From Oligoflexia bacterium (GTDB lineage Bacteria; Bdellovibrionota; UBA1018): 64,000 bases of DNA. Under the pieces are notes generated by a model. That model saw nothing but the letters and a program-made list of their open reading frames with translations. It ran no database searches and was not told the DNA's origin. The translations under genes and the position numbers were made by a program. The first letter of the stretch is position 1, and the number at the start of each line of letters is the position of its first letter. The stretch spans positions 320,001 through 384,000 of the forward strand of contig CAVWVI010000003.1 in the NCBI GenBank assembly GCA_963758495.1. The letters run 5' to 3'. Shown piece by piece: positions 49,511-59,693 of this stretch.

Positions 49511-50101
49511 TCAAATACCTGAGAATTCAAGAGAAGATGCATTTTCCTTCGGGTGTCCCACTATTTCAACCGTACTCGCTTGAGGACCTTCCTCTCCCAT
49601 TTCTTCTTTAAACCGAACCACTGTTCCAATCTGAAGTCGCTCGAACTGTTCACATAAGACACTGTTTTTATGAAAATAAATTTCTCTACCGTCAGCTGTT
49701 TGAAGAAATCCATAATCCCCATCACCCCTTAATATTCGAATCACTCGAGCATGAGGGGACATTTCATGATGTCTTTGTCTCGGAAGTCGTCTCACATGAT
49801 CTCTCAGTTTCCGCTCTACTGCATCAAAAGCATCGCGAATGGCCACGAATACGTCTTCATGAGAATGATTTTTTTCACGATCTTTTCCCACGACAATTTC
49901 ATGGCCAGGGATCGTTAAATCAATTAAAATTCGAAAAATTTTTCCTTGATTACGCCGTTTATGAGGAAGCTCAACCGTAACCCGACAGCTCAAAATACGA
50001 CTGTAAAATTTTTCTAATTTTTCTGCTTTCTTTTGAATGACCATTGCTACCGCATCAGAATGTTGAATCTTGTGAAAATTAATTTGAAGAATTGAATTCA
50101 T
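49511..50101 (-). CDS. HPF/RaiA ribosome-associated protein fused to a cold-shock domain
   Basis: HEDVFVAIRDAFDAVERKL; YGFLQTADGREIYFHKNSV..GPQASTV. Confidence 0.88.
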   Translation of the reverse strand: MNSILQINFHKIQHSDAVAMVIQKKAEKLEKFYSRILSCRVTVELPHKRRNQGKIFRILIDLTIPGHEIVVGKDREKNHSHEDVFVAIRDAFDAVERKLRDHVRRLPRQRHHEMSPHARVIRILRGDGDYGFLQTADGREIYFHKNSVLCEQFERLQIGTVVRFKEEMGEEGPQASTVEIVGHPKENASSLEFSGI

Positions 50102-50252
50102 CTATTTCGCGCTCCACTCTTTAGCTTTCTGTAAAAACAACCGACCTAATAGCCAAGCTAAAAGCCAAATCAAAAGATAAACTTGAGAATCGAAAGTACC
50201 TACTTCCTATGAAGCAAATCAGATTCCACCCTACGTCAAGCCGAAGCGTCAT

Positions 50253-50268
50253 TGGCATAACTACTGCT
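50253..50268 (+). promoter_or_regulatory. Sigma54 promoter candidate
   Basis: TGGCATAACTACTGCT just upstream of the probable USP start. Confidence 0.4.
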
Positions 50269-50274
50269 TTCAAA

Positions 50275-51276
50275 ATGACTCATATGCTTCCAAGCGCAAA
50301 ATCAAAAAGAATACTATGGTCGCTAGATCCCTTTGAAGAGGAAAGCGCCCTTCATAAAAATATGATTCAAATTTTGCGCTTATTCTTAAAATTAAATCAA
50401 ATCAATATTACCCCTATTTATGTTTTAGAATCGCAGTTTGATCCATTACTGCAGATCGAGTCTCTAACAATGAAACGAAAGTTGAAAACCACTCATCAAA
50501 CAATTCAAAGTCTCCTCCATAGAAATAAGCTTTCAGACCTTCTGCAAGCACCTGAGATCATCTGTAAACACTTTAACTCACCCATTCAAATTGCCGATGC
50601 AGTCATTCATTATGCACTTTTGAACCATACTGATCTTATTTTGGTAAATACTCACGGAAGGAAAGGAATCCAAAGATTTGTATTTGGAAGTTGCGCTGAA
50701 ACACTTGTCGTAAGATCACCTATCCCCGTACTCGTGGTAGGTGCTCGACCGTTAAAAACAGAGCATTTAACTCACATTCTTTTCCCGACTGATTTTTCCC
50801 AGGGTTCGAAAGAAATTTTTAGACAAATCGTGGCGACCGCCAAACAATTTCAAGCAAGCATCACACTCTTCCATGCGGCTTTAAACCCAAATGATCTCGG
50901 ATTTCAATCCGCTATTTATCTGATGAGTGAAATTTCAATTCCAGTTTCACTTTTTATTAACGTAGACTTTGCACGTAAAAAAAGAAGAATAAAAGCATGG
51001 GCTGCTTGGGCAAACCATCAAGGAGTTCCTACCACGGAAGAAATAGAACTTCGATCAAAGAATATCGCCCTCTCTATACTGAAGAAAGCAGAGCAACGAA
51101 AAGCTCATCTAATTACAATGCAAACTCAAAGTGGACCCATCAGCGCTTCAGTCATAGGGAGTGTTACCCGTGAAGTGATCCGAAGTGGCCTTTTTCCTGT
51201 CTGGACAATCCATTTTAGAAATAAGAGAAATGGCCGTCACCCTATCCGCCAAATTGCATCTTTCTTGTCTGCTTAA
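50275..51276 (+). CDS. Tandem universal stress protein
   Basis: DLILVNTHGRKG..FGSCAETLV..PVLVV; ILFPTDFS; IGSVTREV. Confidence 0.85.
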   Translation: MTHMLPSAKSKRILWSLDPFEEESALHKNMIQILRLFLKLNQINITPIYVLESQFDPLLQIESLTMKRKLKTTHQTIQSLLHRNKLSDLLQAPEIICKHFNSPIQIADAVIHYALLNHTDLILVNTHGRKGIQRFVFGSCAETLVVRSPIPVLVVGARPLKTEHLTHILFPTDFSQGSKEIFRQIVATAKQFQASITLFHAALNPNDLGFQSAIYLMSEISIPVSLFINVDFARKKRRIKAWAAWANHQGVPTTEEIELRSKNIALSILKKAEQRKAHLITMQTQSGPISASVIGSVTREVIRSGLFPVWTIHFRNKRNGRHPIRQIASFLSA

Positions 51277-51462
51277 TAAGAAAAAAACTAAAAGAATCAG
51301 CCGCCGTATGACTCAAGTAGCAACAAGACTCAACGCAAAATAGACAACCCTCTGATAAAGATTTATTTTCATTCTACTTTTCTTTGTTAACCAAGCATAC
51401 ATTTTCTTTGAGATGTAGTATTAGAGAGATATAATCGCTAGTCCACTGGAAAGGGGCTGCCC

Positions 51463-52830
51463 GTGGCGCGTATCCTTATAGTCGATGACGAAAAAAGCAT
51501 AAGCATGACAATGGAAGCCACACTGAAAAGTGCAAATCACCAAGTTGAACTTGCTGACAGTGGTGAAATGGCTCTTGCTCTCATGAGAAAATCCACTCCT
51601 GAAATTCTACTCACAGACCTCAGGATGGATGGAATGAGTGGTTTGGATCTTCTTGGCAAAACTCGAGAATATTTTCCCTCTGTGACAGTAGTCCTTATGA
51701 CTGCTTACGGCACAATTGATACTGCTATCACAGCCATAAAAAATGGAGCTTATGACTACCTAGTCAAACCCTTCACCCCTGAGCAACTTGAACACCTGAT
51801 TGAGAGAATTGAAGAATATCGCAAATTAAAAGCAGAAAATACTAAGTTACGAGATCAAGTCAACGCACTCTCAGAACCCACAACAATTGTAACCTTAAAC
51901 CTACGCATGCAAAAAGTATTAGACACATCAAAAAAAGTTGCTATTACTGACTCAACAATACTGATCACTGGCGAAAGTGGAACAGGAAAAACTTTACTTA
52001 CAAAATTTATCCATGATTCTAGCATGCGAGCAAAAGGACCTTTTGCGGTGGTCAATTGCGCAACCCTTTCCGAGAATTTACTTGAAAGTGAACTGTTTGG
52101 TCACGTGAGAGGGGCTTTTACGGGTGCAGTAAAAGATAAATTAGGCCGCTTACAAGCTGCAGACACAGGAACTGTTTTTCTTGATGAAATCGGAGAAATT
52201 TCGCCTAGCCTTCAAACAAAACTACTTCGATTCCTTCAGGAACGTGAGTTTGAACGGGTCGGAGATACAAGAACCATTCGAGTCAATGTAAGAATAATCG
52301 CCGCTACAAATAAGGACTTAGAAAAAGAAGTGAAGGCCGGAAGGTTTAGAGAAGATCTTTATTTTCGACTCAATGTTATCGATTTGCATATGCCTTCATT
52401 AAAACAAAGGAAAGAGGATATTCTCATCCTAGCAGACCAACTCCTGGCAAAATCTTTTACTTCGATTGGACGTAATTCCCGCCCTCTGAGTGAAGAGGCC
52501 AAACAGGTCATTGAACATTATAGTTGGCCTGGAAATATACGCGAATTAAAGAATGCAATGGAAAGAGCGGCAATATTATGCACGACGGATCAAGTGACAC
52601 TTGAGGACCTTCCCGATCGAGTCATTGAAGGCTCTCAACAAAACATAGAGCAAGTCAGTCCATCTCAAGATCAAATGATGACCCCGACAGATACCAACCT
52701 AGAGGAATTAGAAAAACAACATATTCGCCATATTCTTGCCACTGCGCATACTCTGGAAGAAGCAGCAAGCATTTTAGGAATTAACTTAAGCACCCTTTGG
52801 CGAAAACGAAAAAGATATGGTTTAGAATAA
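51463..52830 (+). CDS. NtrC-family sigma54-dependent response regulator
   Basis: REC domain (IVDDE, TDLRM, KPF), GESGTGKT, ESELFGH, GAFTGA, FLDEIGE, WPGNIREL, Fis-type HTH. Confidence 0.95.
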   Translation: MARILIVDDEKSISMTMEATLKSANHQVELADSGEMALALMRKSTPEILLTDLRMDGMSGLDLLGKTREYFPSVTVVLMTAYGTIDTAITAIKNGAYDYLVKPFTPEQLEHLIERIEEYRKLKAENTKLRDQVNALSEPTTIVTLNLRMQKVLDTSKKVAITDSTILITGESGTGKTLLTKFIHDSSMRAKGPFAVVNCATLSENLLESELFGHVRGAFTGAVKDKLGRLQAADTGTVFLDEIGEISPSLQTKLLRFLQEREFERVGDTRTIRVNVRIIAATNKDLEKEVKAGRFREDLYFRLNVIDLHMPSLKQRKEDILILADQLLAKSFTSIGRNSRPLSEEAKQVIEHYSWPGNIRELKNAMERAAILCTTDQVTLEDLPDRVIEGSQQNIEQVSPSQDQMMTPTDTNLEELEKQHIRHILATAHTLEEAASILGINLSTLWRKRKRYGLE

Positions 52831-52835
52831 TTTAA

Positions 52836-53531
52836 TTAGGCTGCTATTTCCTTAGTTGAATGATTGCGCTCAATTAAATTTAGAATTTCTTGATTTGTTA
52901 AGCTTCTTAAGAGTGCGAGCAAAGCTAAAGAACCTAAAACCACCCTACTGAGACGTCTTTGATTCAGCGCATACATTCCTAAAAAACCTCCCATAACTCC
53001 TACAATGAGTCGGCTCGCAGGGGACCAATTCTTTTGAAACACATCGATCTGATGATGCCCCCGTCGAATTTCACCTCCCTGTAAGCTCGATATCTTTTCA
53101 TCCGCACGATGGGGCTCTAAATGATTTTCAACACCTCGAACCCCGCGTACCTTTCTTACAGCAGAAATAAGTGGGCTCACTTCATGATTTAATAAAACTC
53201 CGCTTAAAATAATTCTGCCTCTTCTTACATTCACTTTTATCGCATGAGGATGGGATACCCACCGACCAATTTTTGCCCGTACTCGAGCGACTAGTACCTC
53301 ATCGATTACTTCTTCCCTTTCAAAAAATCCTCGAGCGCTGGCAATAACTCCTTGAGTTCGATGAACCAAATCACGAACTGCAACATCCATTGCATCTTGA
53401 GTCTGCCGTGCAATATGACTCACTTTATCTTTGAAGATAGCCCTCCGACGCAAACCCTTTGTTGGGTCAAAAATGTACATTGTACTCATTCCTAACCCAA
53501 AAGCAGCTAGCAAAGTTGAATATCGTCTCAT
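52836..53531 (-). CDS. BON-domain membrane protein
   Basis: DPTKGLRRRA, DEVLVARVRAKIG..VRGVRGVENHL. Confidence 0.82.
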   Translation of the reverse strand: MRRYSTLLAAFGLGMSTMYIFDPTKGLRRRAIFKDKVSHIARQTQDAMDVAVRDLVHRTQGVIASARGFFEREEVIDEVLVARVRAKIGRWVSHPHAIKVNVRRGRIILSGVLLNHEVSPLISAVRKVRGVRGVENHLEPHRADEKISSLQGGEIRRGHHQIDVFQKNWSPASRLIVGVMGGFLGMYALNQRRLSRVVLGSLALLALLRSLTNQEILNLIERNHSTKEIAA

Positions 53532-53610
53532 CTTAAATGATCTCCAGAAAATATTTTTTAGTAACCCATTTTTATAGAATTACCTAAGTCGTTCCTTTAA
53601 GGCCGTTGAC

Positions 53611-53683
53611 AAGCATTGTAAGGAGTCCTCTTGCGCCGTAAAGATTTGGATTCCCGGCGCAACAGCACTCCTTGCAGTGCTTA
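53611..53683. repeat. ~75-bp palindromic dispersed repeat (REP/MITE-like)
   Basis: aagcattgtaaggagt..ttgcgccg-loop-cggcgcaa..actccttgcagtgctta. Confidence 0.82.
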
Positions 53684-53722
53684 CGAATTACTTTATGCAA
53701 AGAACATGAACAACAGTTCAAG

Positions 53723-55366
53723 CTAGAGCCGACAGCCGACACCTAAACCCATAACGCTTTTGGAATAAGCATAGTTTTGTAAATCGAGCGATATGTTTTT
53801 TGTATATGAATAATTTAAATTAATATATAAATTGTTACTCAAACTTCTCGTTAAGAGTATAGATGGATTAATTGTTTTTTCATAACCCCGTGTTGCAAAT
53901 TGATTCATTGTATTCACAAACATAAAATCAAAAATAAAGCTGAAATCAATTTTCTCCACCCACACAGGCAGATTTAAAGAGGTGGTAAGTCTGTAATCTA
54001 TTCGATCCCAATAGTCATCTCTGGCTCGATTATAATCAGAAGACAAGGTAACGCTGAGTCCATTCATTCTCCCGACTTTGAAATTCTGGGTTAAGGTAAT
54101 TGCAGGATTTAATGCATTTTGTCCTACATCTTCATTAGAATAGAGCTTCATGTTGACGCTAAGGATTGTACTTCCTACTTTAAAAAATGAGACGCGCTCA
54201 CCCAAAGTAAAATTATAAAATCGACTATAGAATGGAAGACTATGATCTTGCTGCCAGTCCCGCAGCAAGAGATTAAACTCCATATCAAAATTCATCGCGG
54301 CAGGTGCATTAGAATAAACATGTTCTAAGCGTGTTCGAATCGCTGATGTAATTGATAAATTATCATTTTGAAATACTAATGGTTCCTCTTGATTAAAGTA
54401 CTTCATATAAGCCATATCTATTTCTGGAGCAAGAGCCCATCTTCGATCTAATACATATTCATACTTACTATAAACTTCCGTTTTCGATAACCCAGATCCT
54501 GTATTGCTTATTTGAAGAAGTGATTGATCAGCTTTCGTTAGAACATTTGTATCATATTTAATATCTTGAGAAGATTTAATGTACCAACGATTAATTGCCA
54601 TGGGTACTCCATTGTGAAATTTTGAGATCTCGTCTGCACCCATTTGTTTTTTCAAATTAGAGAGAATCTGTCTCGCTTGCTCCGCTATGGGAGTAAATCG
54701 ATCATAGTCAATAACCTTGCTCAATGCTGGAAATACTTTCTTTTTTAATTTTAATTTTTTTTTATCTAAATCTATTTCCTTCTCTATCAAAGCGACTTCC
54801 ATTTCTGAAATTTGAAATAAGGCAGCTTGCTTCACGTTTTCAGGATCATCTTGAAACCCTTGAATACTTTGGTAAGCATTGGCTGCCGTCGTATAATCTT
54901 CAAGGATTTGACTGATAAATCCCACATAATAAGTAGACGCGCCTTTTTTATAACCTTGCGCTGCTGACTTTTTAAATGCTTCCCGCGCGGACTTTAATTG
55001 CTGATTCGCATAAAGAGCCTGTCCCATTTCATACTGTAAATCATTATATTTAGCTCCGAGTTTCACTGCTCCTTGAAATGCCGGAATCGCCTGGGCATAG
55101 GCAAGCATGTGATTATAACACAAACCTTTCCAATAAAGGAGCAAAGCTCGATCACTGGAATGGATAGCATTTATCTTATTGAGAGCATCAACAGCTTCTG
55201 AATAGGCACCTTTATTATAAATAGGATAAATTTGAAGCATCTCTTTTTTTATATCAATCCCGCTATTAGCAATATCAGCATTCGCACGTAACAAAAAGGA
55301 ATCTGAAAATTGACTTGTCGCAATAAAAACAAATCCGACGGCAACCCTAAGATGCTTCATCATCAA
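53723..55366 (-). CDS. TPR-repeat plus C-terminal beta-barrel outer-membrane protein
   Basis: Signal peptide; TPR helices (YWKGLCY, YEMGQALY); barrel starting near YDTNV. Confidence 0.7.
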   Translation of the reverse strand: MMMKHLRVAVGFVFIATSQFSDSFLLRANADIANSGIDIKKEMLQIYPIYNKGAYSEAVDALNKINAIHSSDRALLLYWKGLCYNHMLAYAQAIPAFQGAVKLGAKYNDLQYEMGQALYANQQLKSAREAFKKSAAQGYKKGASTYYVGFISQILEDYTTAANAYQSIQGFQDDPENVKQAALFQISEMEVALIEKEIDLDKKKLKLKKKVFPALSKVIDYDRFTPIAEQARQILSNLKKQMGADEISKFHNGVPMAINRWYIKSSQDIKYDTNVLTKADQSLLQISNTGSGLSKTEVYSKYEYVLDRRWALAPEIDMAYMKYFNQEEPLVFQNDNLSITSAIRTRLEHVYSNAPAAMNFDMEFNLLLRDWQQDHSLPFYSRFYNFTLGERVSFFKVGSTILSVNMKLYSNEDVGQNALNPAITLTQNFKVGRMNGLSVTLSSDYNRARDDYWDRIDYRLTTSLNLPVWVEKIDFSFIFDFMFVNTMNQFATRGYEKTINPSILLTRSLSNNLYINLNYSYTKNISLDLQNYAYSKSVMGLGVGCRL

Positions 55367-55429
55367 ATATGTTGGCCTTTCATCACCTAAATATTTATGG
55401 AAAAACTATCTCTCTTTCATTGAGTATAA

Positions 55430-57052
55430 CTAATTACCAACGGTAATCCTTAAATTTATGTTTGTCGAGGTTGGCGCTATGGGTGTCACCGGTGGGGACG
55501 GAGGATTTGAGCAAGTTAAACAGCTAGGATCAGTATTTACTGGATATAAAGGGACTTCAACAGAGGCTGTCGATGGAATTAAAAGAGTAGGTGGAACCAC
55601 ATTAGGAGGTGGGGGTGAAATAAACTGATTGGCAATCCCTAAACTGGAGACAGAGGTAGTACTTAACCCCGTAGTGGAATTTCCATTTGCTCCAGAAAGA
55701 TCACCATTCTCTGAAATGCTTGCAGTAATCGGAGATCCTCCCATGACTCCATAAGCTCCTGCACTTCCATTCGTTGAACTTGACGAAGTATCAGAAGATG
55801 CAGGAAGCCCCGGAAAAGCTACCACAACTACATTGGGTGCCTTTGAGTTTGCTGAGATACCTGTATTTTGGCCTGAGCCTGAACTGGGAGTAGTATTAGC
55901 CGAAGCTACCGCCACCGAAACAAAACCTAACTTGGGATCAAGTTTAAAATCGGAAGGTGGAACATAGGATCCAGTATTTGCATCAAATTTTCCTAGAGAT
56001 ACGGGAGGAACATACACTCCCGTATTAGGATCAAATACGCTTCCGGAAGGTGGCGCTAGGTACAACCCTGTTTTAGTATCCAAAAAGCCACCTGCAGGGG
56101 GTGCGTAGGCCCCTGTCTTCTGATTATAGACCCCTTCCGGAGGAGGCAATGCAGGTTGTACAAATCCACCGACTCCATTTCCTAACGCTCCAACAGAGAT
56201 CGCCTTCCCCAGCGCTGAAGCCAACTGTTTATCCAAGCCTGAATTTGACCCCGCAAATACTTTGGCATCCATACCCGGTGGAATAATAGAATTGAAATGA
56301 GGAGTTGTGGTTAACTTTGAGTTCCCTTGCGAAACCGATGATCCTGAGTTCTGATTAGCTGCTGTGGGATCGGATTTTTTCATTGTTTCAAATTGAGCAG
56401 GCGAAATTTTTGTAGGTAAAGTCACCTGAGGCAAGGTCGGACTCACGGTAGAAAATCGACCTTCCGTTACCACGACCGCTTTTTCACTCGTTAAGAGTGG
56501 CACTAAATTGACGGTCTGTCGAAAAGAATCGGATGGGTTAGGATCAATTTTTAACATAGCAACTGCGCCTTCAAACGTTACCAAAGAGGTCACCTGATTT
56601 TCGGAATTGTAAATGACCTCAAAATCAGTCCCTCGAACTCCCATAACCGCGGACTTTGTTCTCAAAATAAATTTTACCTTCTTCGATGGAGTGCTATTTG
56701 ATAAAAAGTCCTTAATTACTTTTGAACGCACATAACCGTTGGTCACACTTACATTCGAAATGGAATTTATCTTAACGTCATCTAAATGCATGCTCGAATC
56801 CGGCCCCAAAGACAAAGCTGTTTGGTCTAGTAACATAAATTTCACAGAACTCTTCGGCCCCGTACTCACGACAGCTCCTTCTAATATCAAGTCACCTTCA
56901 TGTAATTTTATTTCGTCCACTCCGAGTATTTGCTTCACATCCCCCTTTAAGATAATCACTTTTCCTATACTCTGCGCTCCACATACTGAAAAAGTCCAAA
57001 GTCCAGCTATCAACATAGCTGAGATGAGGTGTAACCTTCTAGTTAGCTGCAT
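55430..57052 (-). CDS. FecR-domain secreted protein with DxxTGxYxPP repeats and Pro/Ser-rich tail
   Basis: GKVIILKGDV, VSTGPKS, LGPDS, TKSAVMGVRGTDF, TFEGAV. Confidence 0.8.
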   Translation of the reverse strand: MQLTRRLHLISAMLIAGLWTFSVCGAQSIGKVIILKGDVKQILGVDEIKLHEGDLILEGAVVSTGPKSSVKFMLLDQTALSLGPDSSMHLDDVKINSISNVSVTNGYVRSKVIKDFLSNSTPSKKVKFILRTKSAVMGVRGTDFEVIYNSENQVTSLVTFEGAVAMLKIDPNPSDSFRQTVNLVPLLTSEKAVVVTEGRFSTVSPTLPQVTLPTKISPAQFETMKKSDPTAANQNSGSSVSQGNSKLTTTPHFNSIIPPGMDAKVFAGSNSGLDKQLASALGKAISVGALGNGVGGFVQPALPPPEGVYNQKTGAYAPPAGGFLDTKTGLYLAPPSGSVFDPNTGVYVPPVSLGKFDANTGSYVPPSDFKLDPKLGFVSVAVASANTTPSSGSGQNTGISANSKAPNVVVVAFPGLPASSDTSSSSTNGSAGAYGVMGGSPITASISENGDLSGANGNSTTGLSTTSVSSLGIANQFISPPPPNVVPPTLLIPSTASVEVPLYPVNTDPSCLTCSNPPSPPVTPIAPTSTNINLRITVGN

Positions 57053-58241
57053 TACTGAAATCTCCTAAGAAAACTTTGATAGCAGGCCCTGACGTCCCTG
57101 TCGGTGTAGGTGTCGGTATCGATGTAGGTAATGGCGGAATAATATTTATATTAGCGCTCTTAAGCTTTGTACTTGCACTGTACCCAAAAGCCGCCTGGGT
57201 AGTATCGAATTGATAAATCCCTAATGAGGTATCCGTACTCGTTGTCAAACCACAATCTAAGTCAGAATAACCATACGCCGTCATTTTCACAGGAAAATCA
57301 AATTGTGAATTACTATTTATTTTTATAGGAATTGCAACAGGGGTTACTACACTTTGCCCAGGATTAGGAAACGAAGCACAATAAAACAACCCCGGACTCT
57401 GGAGACTCGGTCCTTGATCACTAGCAATCACACCGGTCATCAACTCAATACGCAAACTACTCATCTGACCTGGATAGCCTGGAGACAAACTTGAGCTAGT
57501 TGCGGAACAATCAGACATATAACTTAATAGCGTACTAGGAGTAATCCTAGAGTTAAATGCATCTTTACAACTAATAAAGGCAAGGGGAAGGATTTGGTTA
57601 TTATAAATATAGGAAGAATCTAATTGAGGATCTGAAAAATAGGAGCTGATACATGGAGCATCTACTGTTGGAGCATAATTCGAGTTGGGAGTAGGAGTAG
57701 GATTTGTATTGTTACTACTATTCAAGCTTATGAGTACACTCGCATCCTGACCATTTAAAGAAATAGTTGTCCCAGTATTACTCGCAGCACTAGGATTACC
57801 ATCAACCCCAATGCCACACTTGGGAACTCCACCCGAACTCAATCCATTTAATTCATAACCAATGCTATAAACATTGTAGCTTCCGTTTGGAACGGTAAGA
57901 GTTTCACTATTGGAAATGGTACCATCAGAGTTCGAGGAAAAGCTTGAAAAAGGAATATAGTACCCTCCTAAAAAGTTTGTCCCATTCGTTCCCTTAAAAT
58001 AAACCATAACACCACCCGTCCCACTTGAAGAGGAGGTCGGAGTGGGTGATGATGTTGTCGCTGTTGTTGTTGTTGTCGCTGTTGTTGTTGAATCTTTTGA
58101 AACTGCAGTTCCTGATATAAGAGAAGACATAGATCCAATAGTGACATTCGTATTGCCACTCTGGTCTCCTCGACCATACATAGCGAATATACCGCAACCC
58201 AAGTTAAAAAAAGTGAGAAGCCAAACCAAATGGTATCTCAT
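57039..58241 (-). CDS. Ser/Thr-rich secreted protein, probable lipoprotein
   Basis: MRYHLVWLLTFFNLGC lipobox-like signal, poly-Thr linker, paired Cys; overlaps the FecR gene start. Confidence 0.6.
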   Translation of the reverse strand: MRYHLVWLLTFFNLGCGIFAMYGRGDQSGNTNVTIGSMSSLISGTAVSKDSTTTATTTTTATTSSPTPTSSSSGTGGVMVYFKGTNGTNFLGGYYIPFSSFSSNSDGTISNSETLTVPNGSYNVYSIGYELNGLSSGGVPKCGIGVDGNPSAASNTGTTISLNGQDASVLISLNSSNNTNPTPTPNSNYAPTVDAPCISSYFSDPQLDSSYIYNNQILPLAFISCKDAFNSRITPSTLLSYMSDCSATSSSLSPGYPGQMSSLRIELMTGVIASDQGPSLQSPGLFYCASFPNPGQSVVTPVAIPIKINSNSQFDFPVKMTAYGYSDLDCGLTTSTDTSLGIYQFDTTQAAFGYSASTKLKSANINIIPPLPTSIPTPTPTGTSGPAIKVFLGDFSNAAN

Positions 58242-58449
58242 CAGAATGCCCCTCTTTCATTCCATGGCCCCTTTTATACATGTACATGTATTGAGTGTCT
58301 CAGTAATTGGACCTTATGAAATAGTATATCTCTTGGTTTAAATATAAAATAGACATTAATAAAATCTAGCCGGGTGTCAAAATCGACCCATAGCCTAAAT
58401 TGCAATAAAATCATGTCAATATATTTATTATTTTGAATTTAATACAAAT

Positions 58450-58486
58450 CTGGACTCGCACTCTGAATTCCTCAATGCGAGTCCAG
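58450..58486 (-). terminator. Hairpin downstream of the Gly/Ser-rich gene
   Basis: ctggactcgca-N15-tgcgagtccag. Confidence 0.5.
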
Positions 58487-58542
58487 GTGTTGAACATTTT
58501 ATAGTCTAGGTGTTGGACATTTTATTTATAATGATAAGTTAT

Positions 58543-58845
58543 TTAGCCGCCTGAACTTGTACCACTACTTCCCGAAGATGACCCAGTGCCACTAGAAGAG
58601 GTGCCCGTGCCAGTGGTGCCACCCATGGTACCGCCTGTACCTCCCGATCTGGACGAACCGCTTTGATCGGAGCCTGAAACAGACGGACTCGCCATTCCAC
58701 TCGGTGAATTACCCCCTGAAACGCCTGCTTGACCTGACGTACTACTGTCACTGCTCGTGTCAGTACCTGTTTGTGCTGCAGCGGTAAGTGAAAAAAATGC
58801 GACAAAACCGAGAACTGTTAAATAAGATAATTTGCGTTTGAACAT
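58543..58845 (-). CDS. Small secreted Gly/Ser/Thr-rich disordered protein
   Basis: SD aaaggg, signal peptide ending TAAA, low-complexity body. Confidence 0.7.
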   Translation of the reverse strand: MFKRKLSYLTVLGFVAFFSLTAAAQTGTDTSSDSSTSGQAGVSGGNSPSGMASPSVSGSDQSGSSRSGGTGGTMGGTTGTGTSSSGTGSSSGSSGTSSGG

Positions 58846-59039
58846 AAGTTGGCCCTTTCTATTAAATATTAAAATTATAATACTTTACTTGATTAAATCT
58901 TCAGAATGCTGCTTTCGCTTCTTGTTCACTTATACAAAAAATGATCCATTTATATGGGCATCCGTTATGCATCCGTTATGCAGTAACCTGCACTTATGTC
59001 TAAACTAATAGTCGTAGCTAAAAATTTTGGAAATGCTCT

Positions 59040-59693
59040 ATGCGAAATAGATTTTATTTAAATATAATTATGTTTACTGTCATTTTTTTTGTAAGCTGCG
59101 CATCTCAAAGATATAGTTTTATTCCTGCCGAACATCAGGCATCGGCATCTAGAATTCGAAATGAAGCAATTTACTCGATTCCAGAAAAATCTCCCACTGG
59201 AATTGTCCGCATACTTTCACTCGGAGTCAAAGAGATCGAATCTGAAAAGGGGGGTGATAAAACTCCAGCACTTCTTTTAAGAATTGCTCTTTCAAACCAT
59301 GGTGAAAATACCAATGAAATCCTTGATATTCGGGATCAGTTCGTTTCATTCTCTAATGCCGGCTCAAGTGAAGTTCTCTTTTCAAATTTCGATCATCAAC
59401 TTTTGCCCCGCCTCGAAGTCAAACCCGGTGAACTCAGAGCACTTGATCTCTACTTTAAATTACCCCCATTCATGAAGTCCGAAAGCGATATTCCAGAATT
59501 CGATTTTCACTGGAAAATTCAAATAGGACATGAAAAAATCTCGAAAGTGACTCCATTTGATCGCATCCCTATCCCAGACTATTATTACGGTCCGAATTAT
59601 TATCCTCCCTATTTTTATCCTTATGGTTGGGGCTGGGGTTATGCTTTAGGTTGGAGTCCGTTTGGGTGGTCAAGTCCCTTTGCTTATCCTTAA
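59040..59693 (+). CDS. Hypothetical lipoprotein with Tyr/Pro/Trp/Gly-rich tail
   Basis: FFVSC lipobox; tail YYGPNYYPPYFYPYGWGWG. Confidence 0.65.
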   Translation: MRNRFYLNIIMFTVIFFVSCASQRYSFIPAEHQASASRIRNEAIYSIPEKSPTGIVRILSLGVKEIESEKGGDKTPALLLRIALSNHGENTNEILDIRDQFVSFSNAGSSEVLFSNFDHQLLPRLEVKPGELRALDLYFKLPPFMKSESDIPEFDFHWKIQIGHEKISKVTPFDRIPIPDYYYGPNYYPPYFYPYGWGWGYALGWSPFGWSSPFAYP

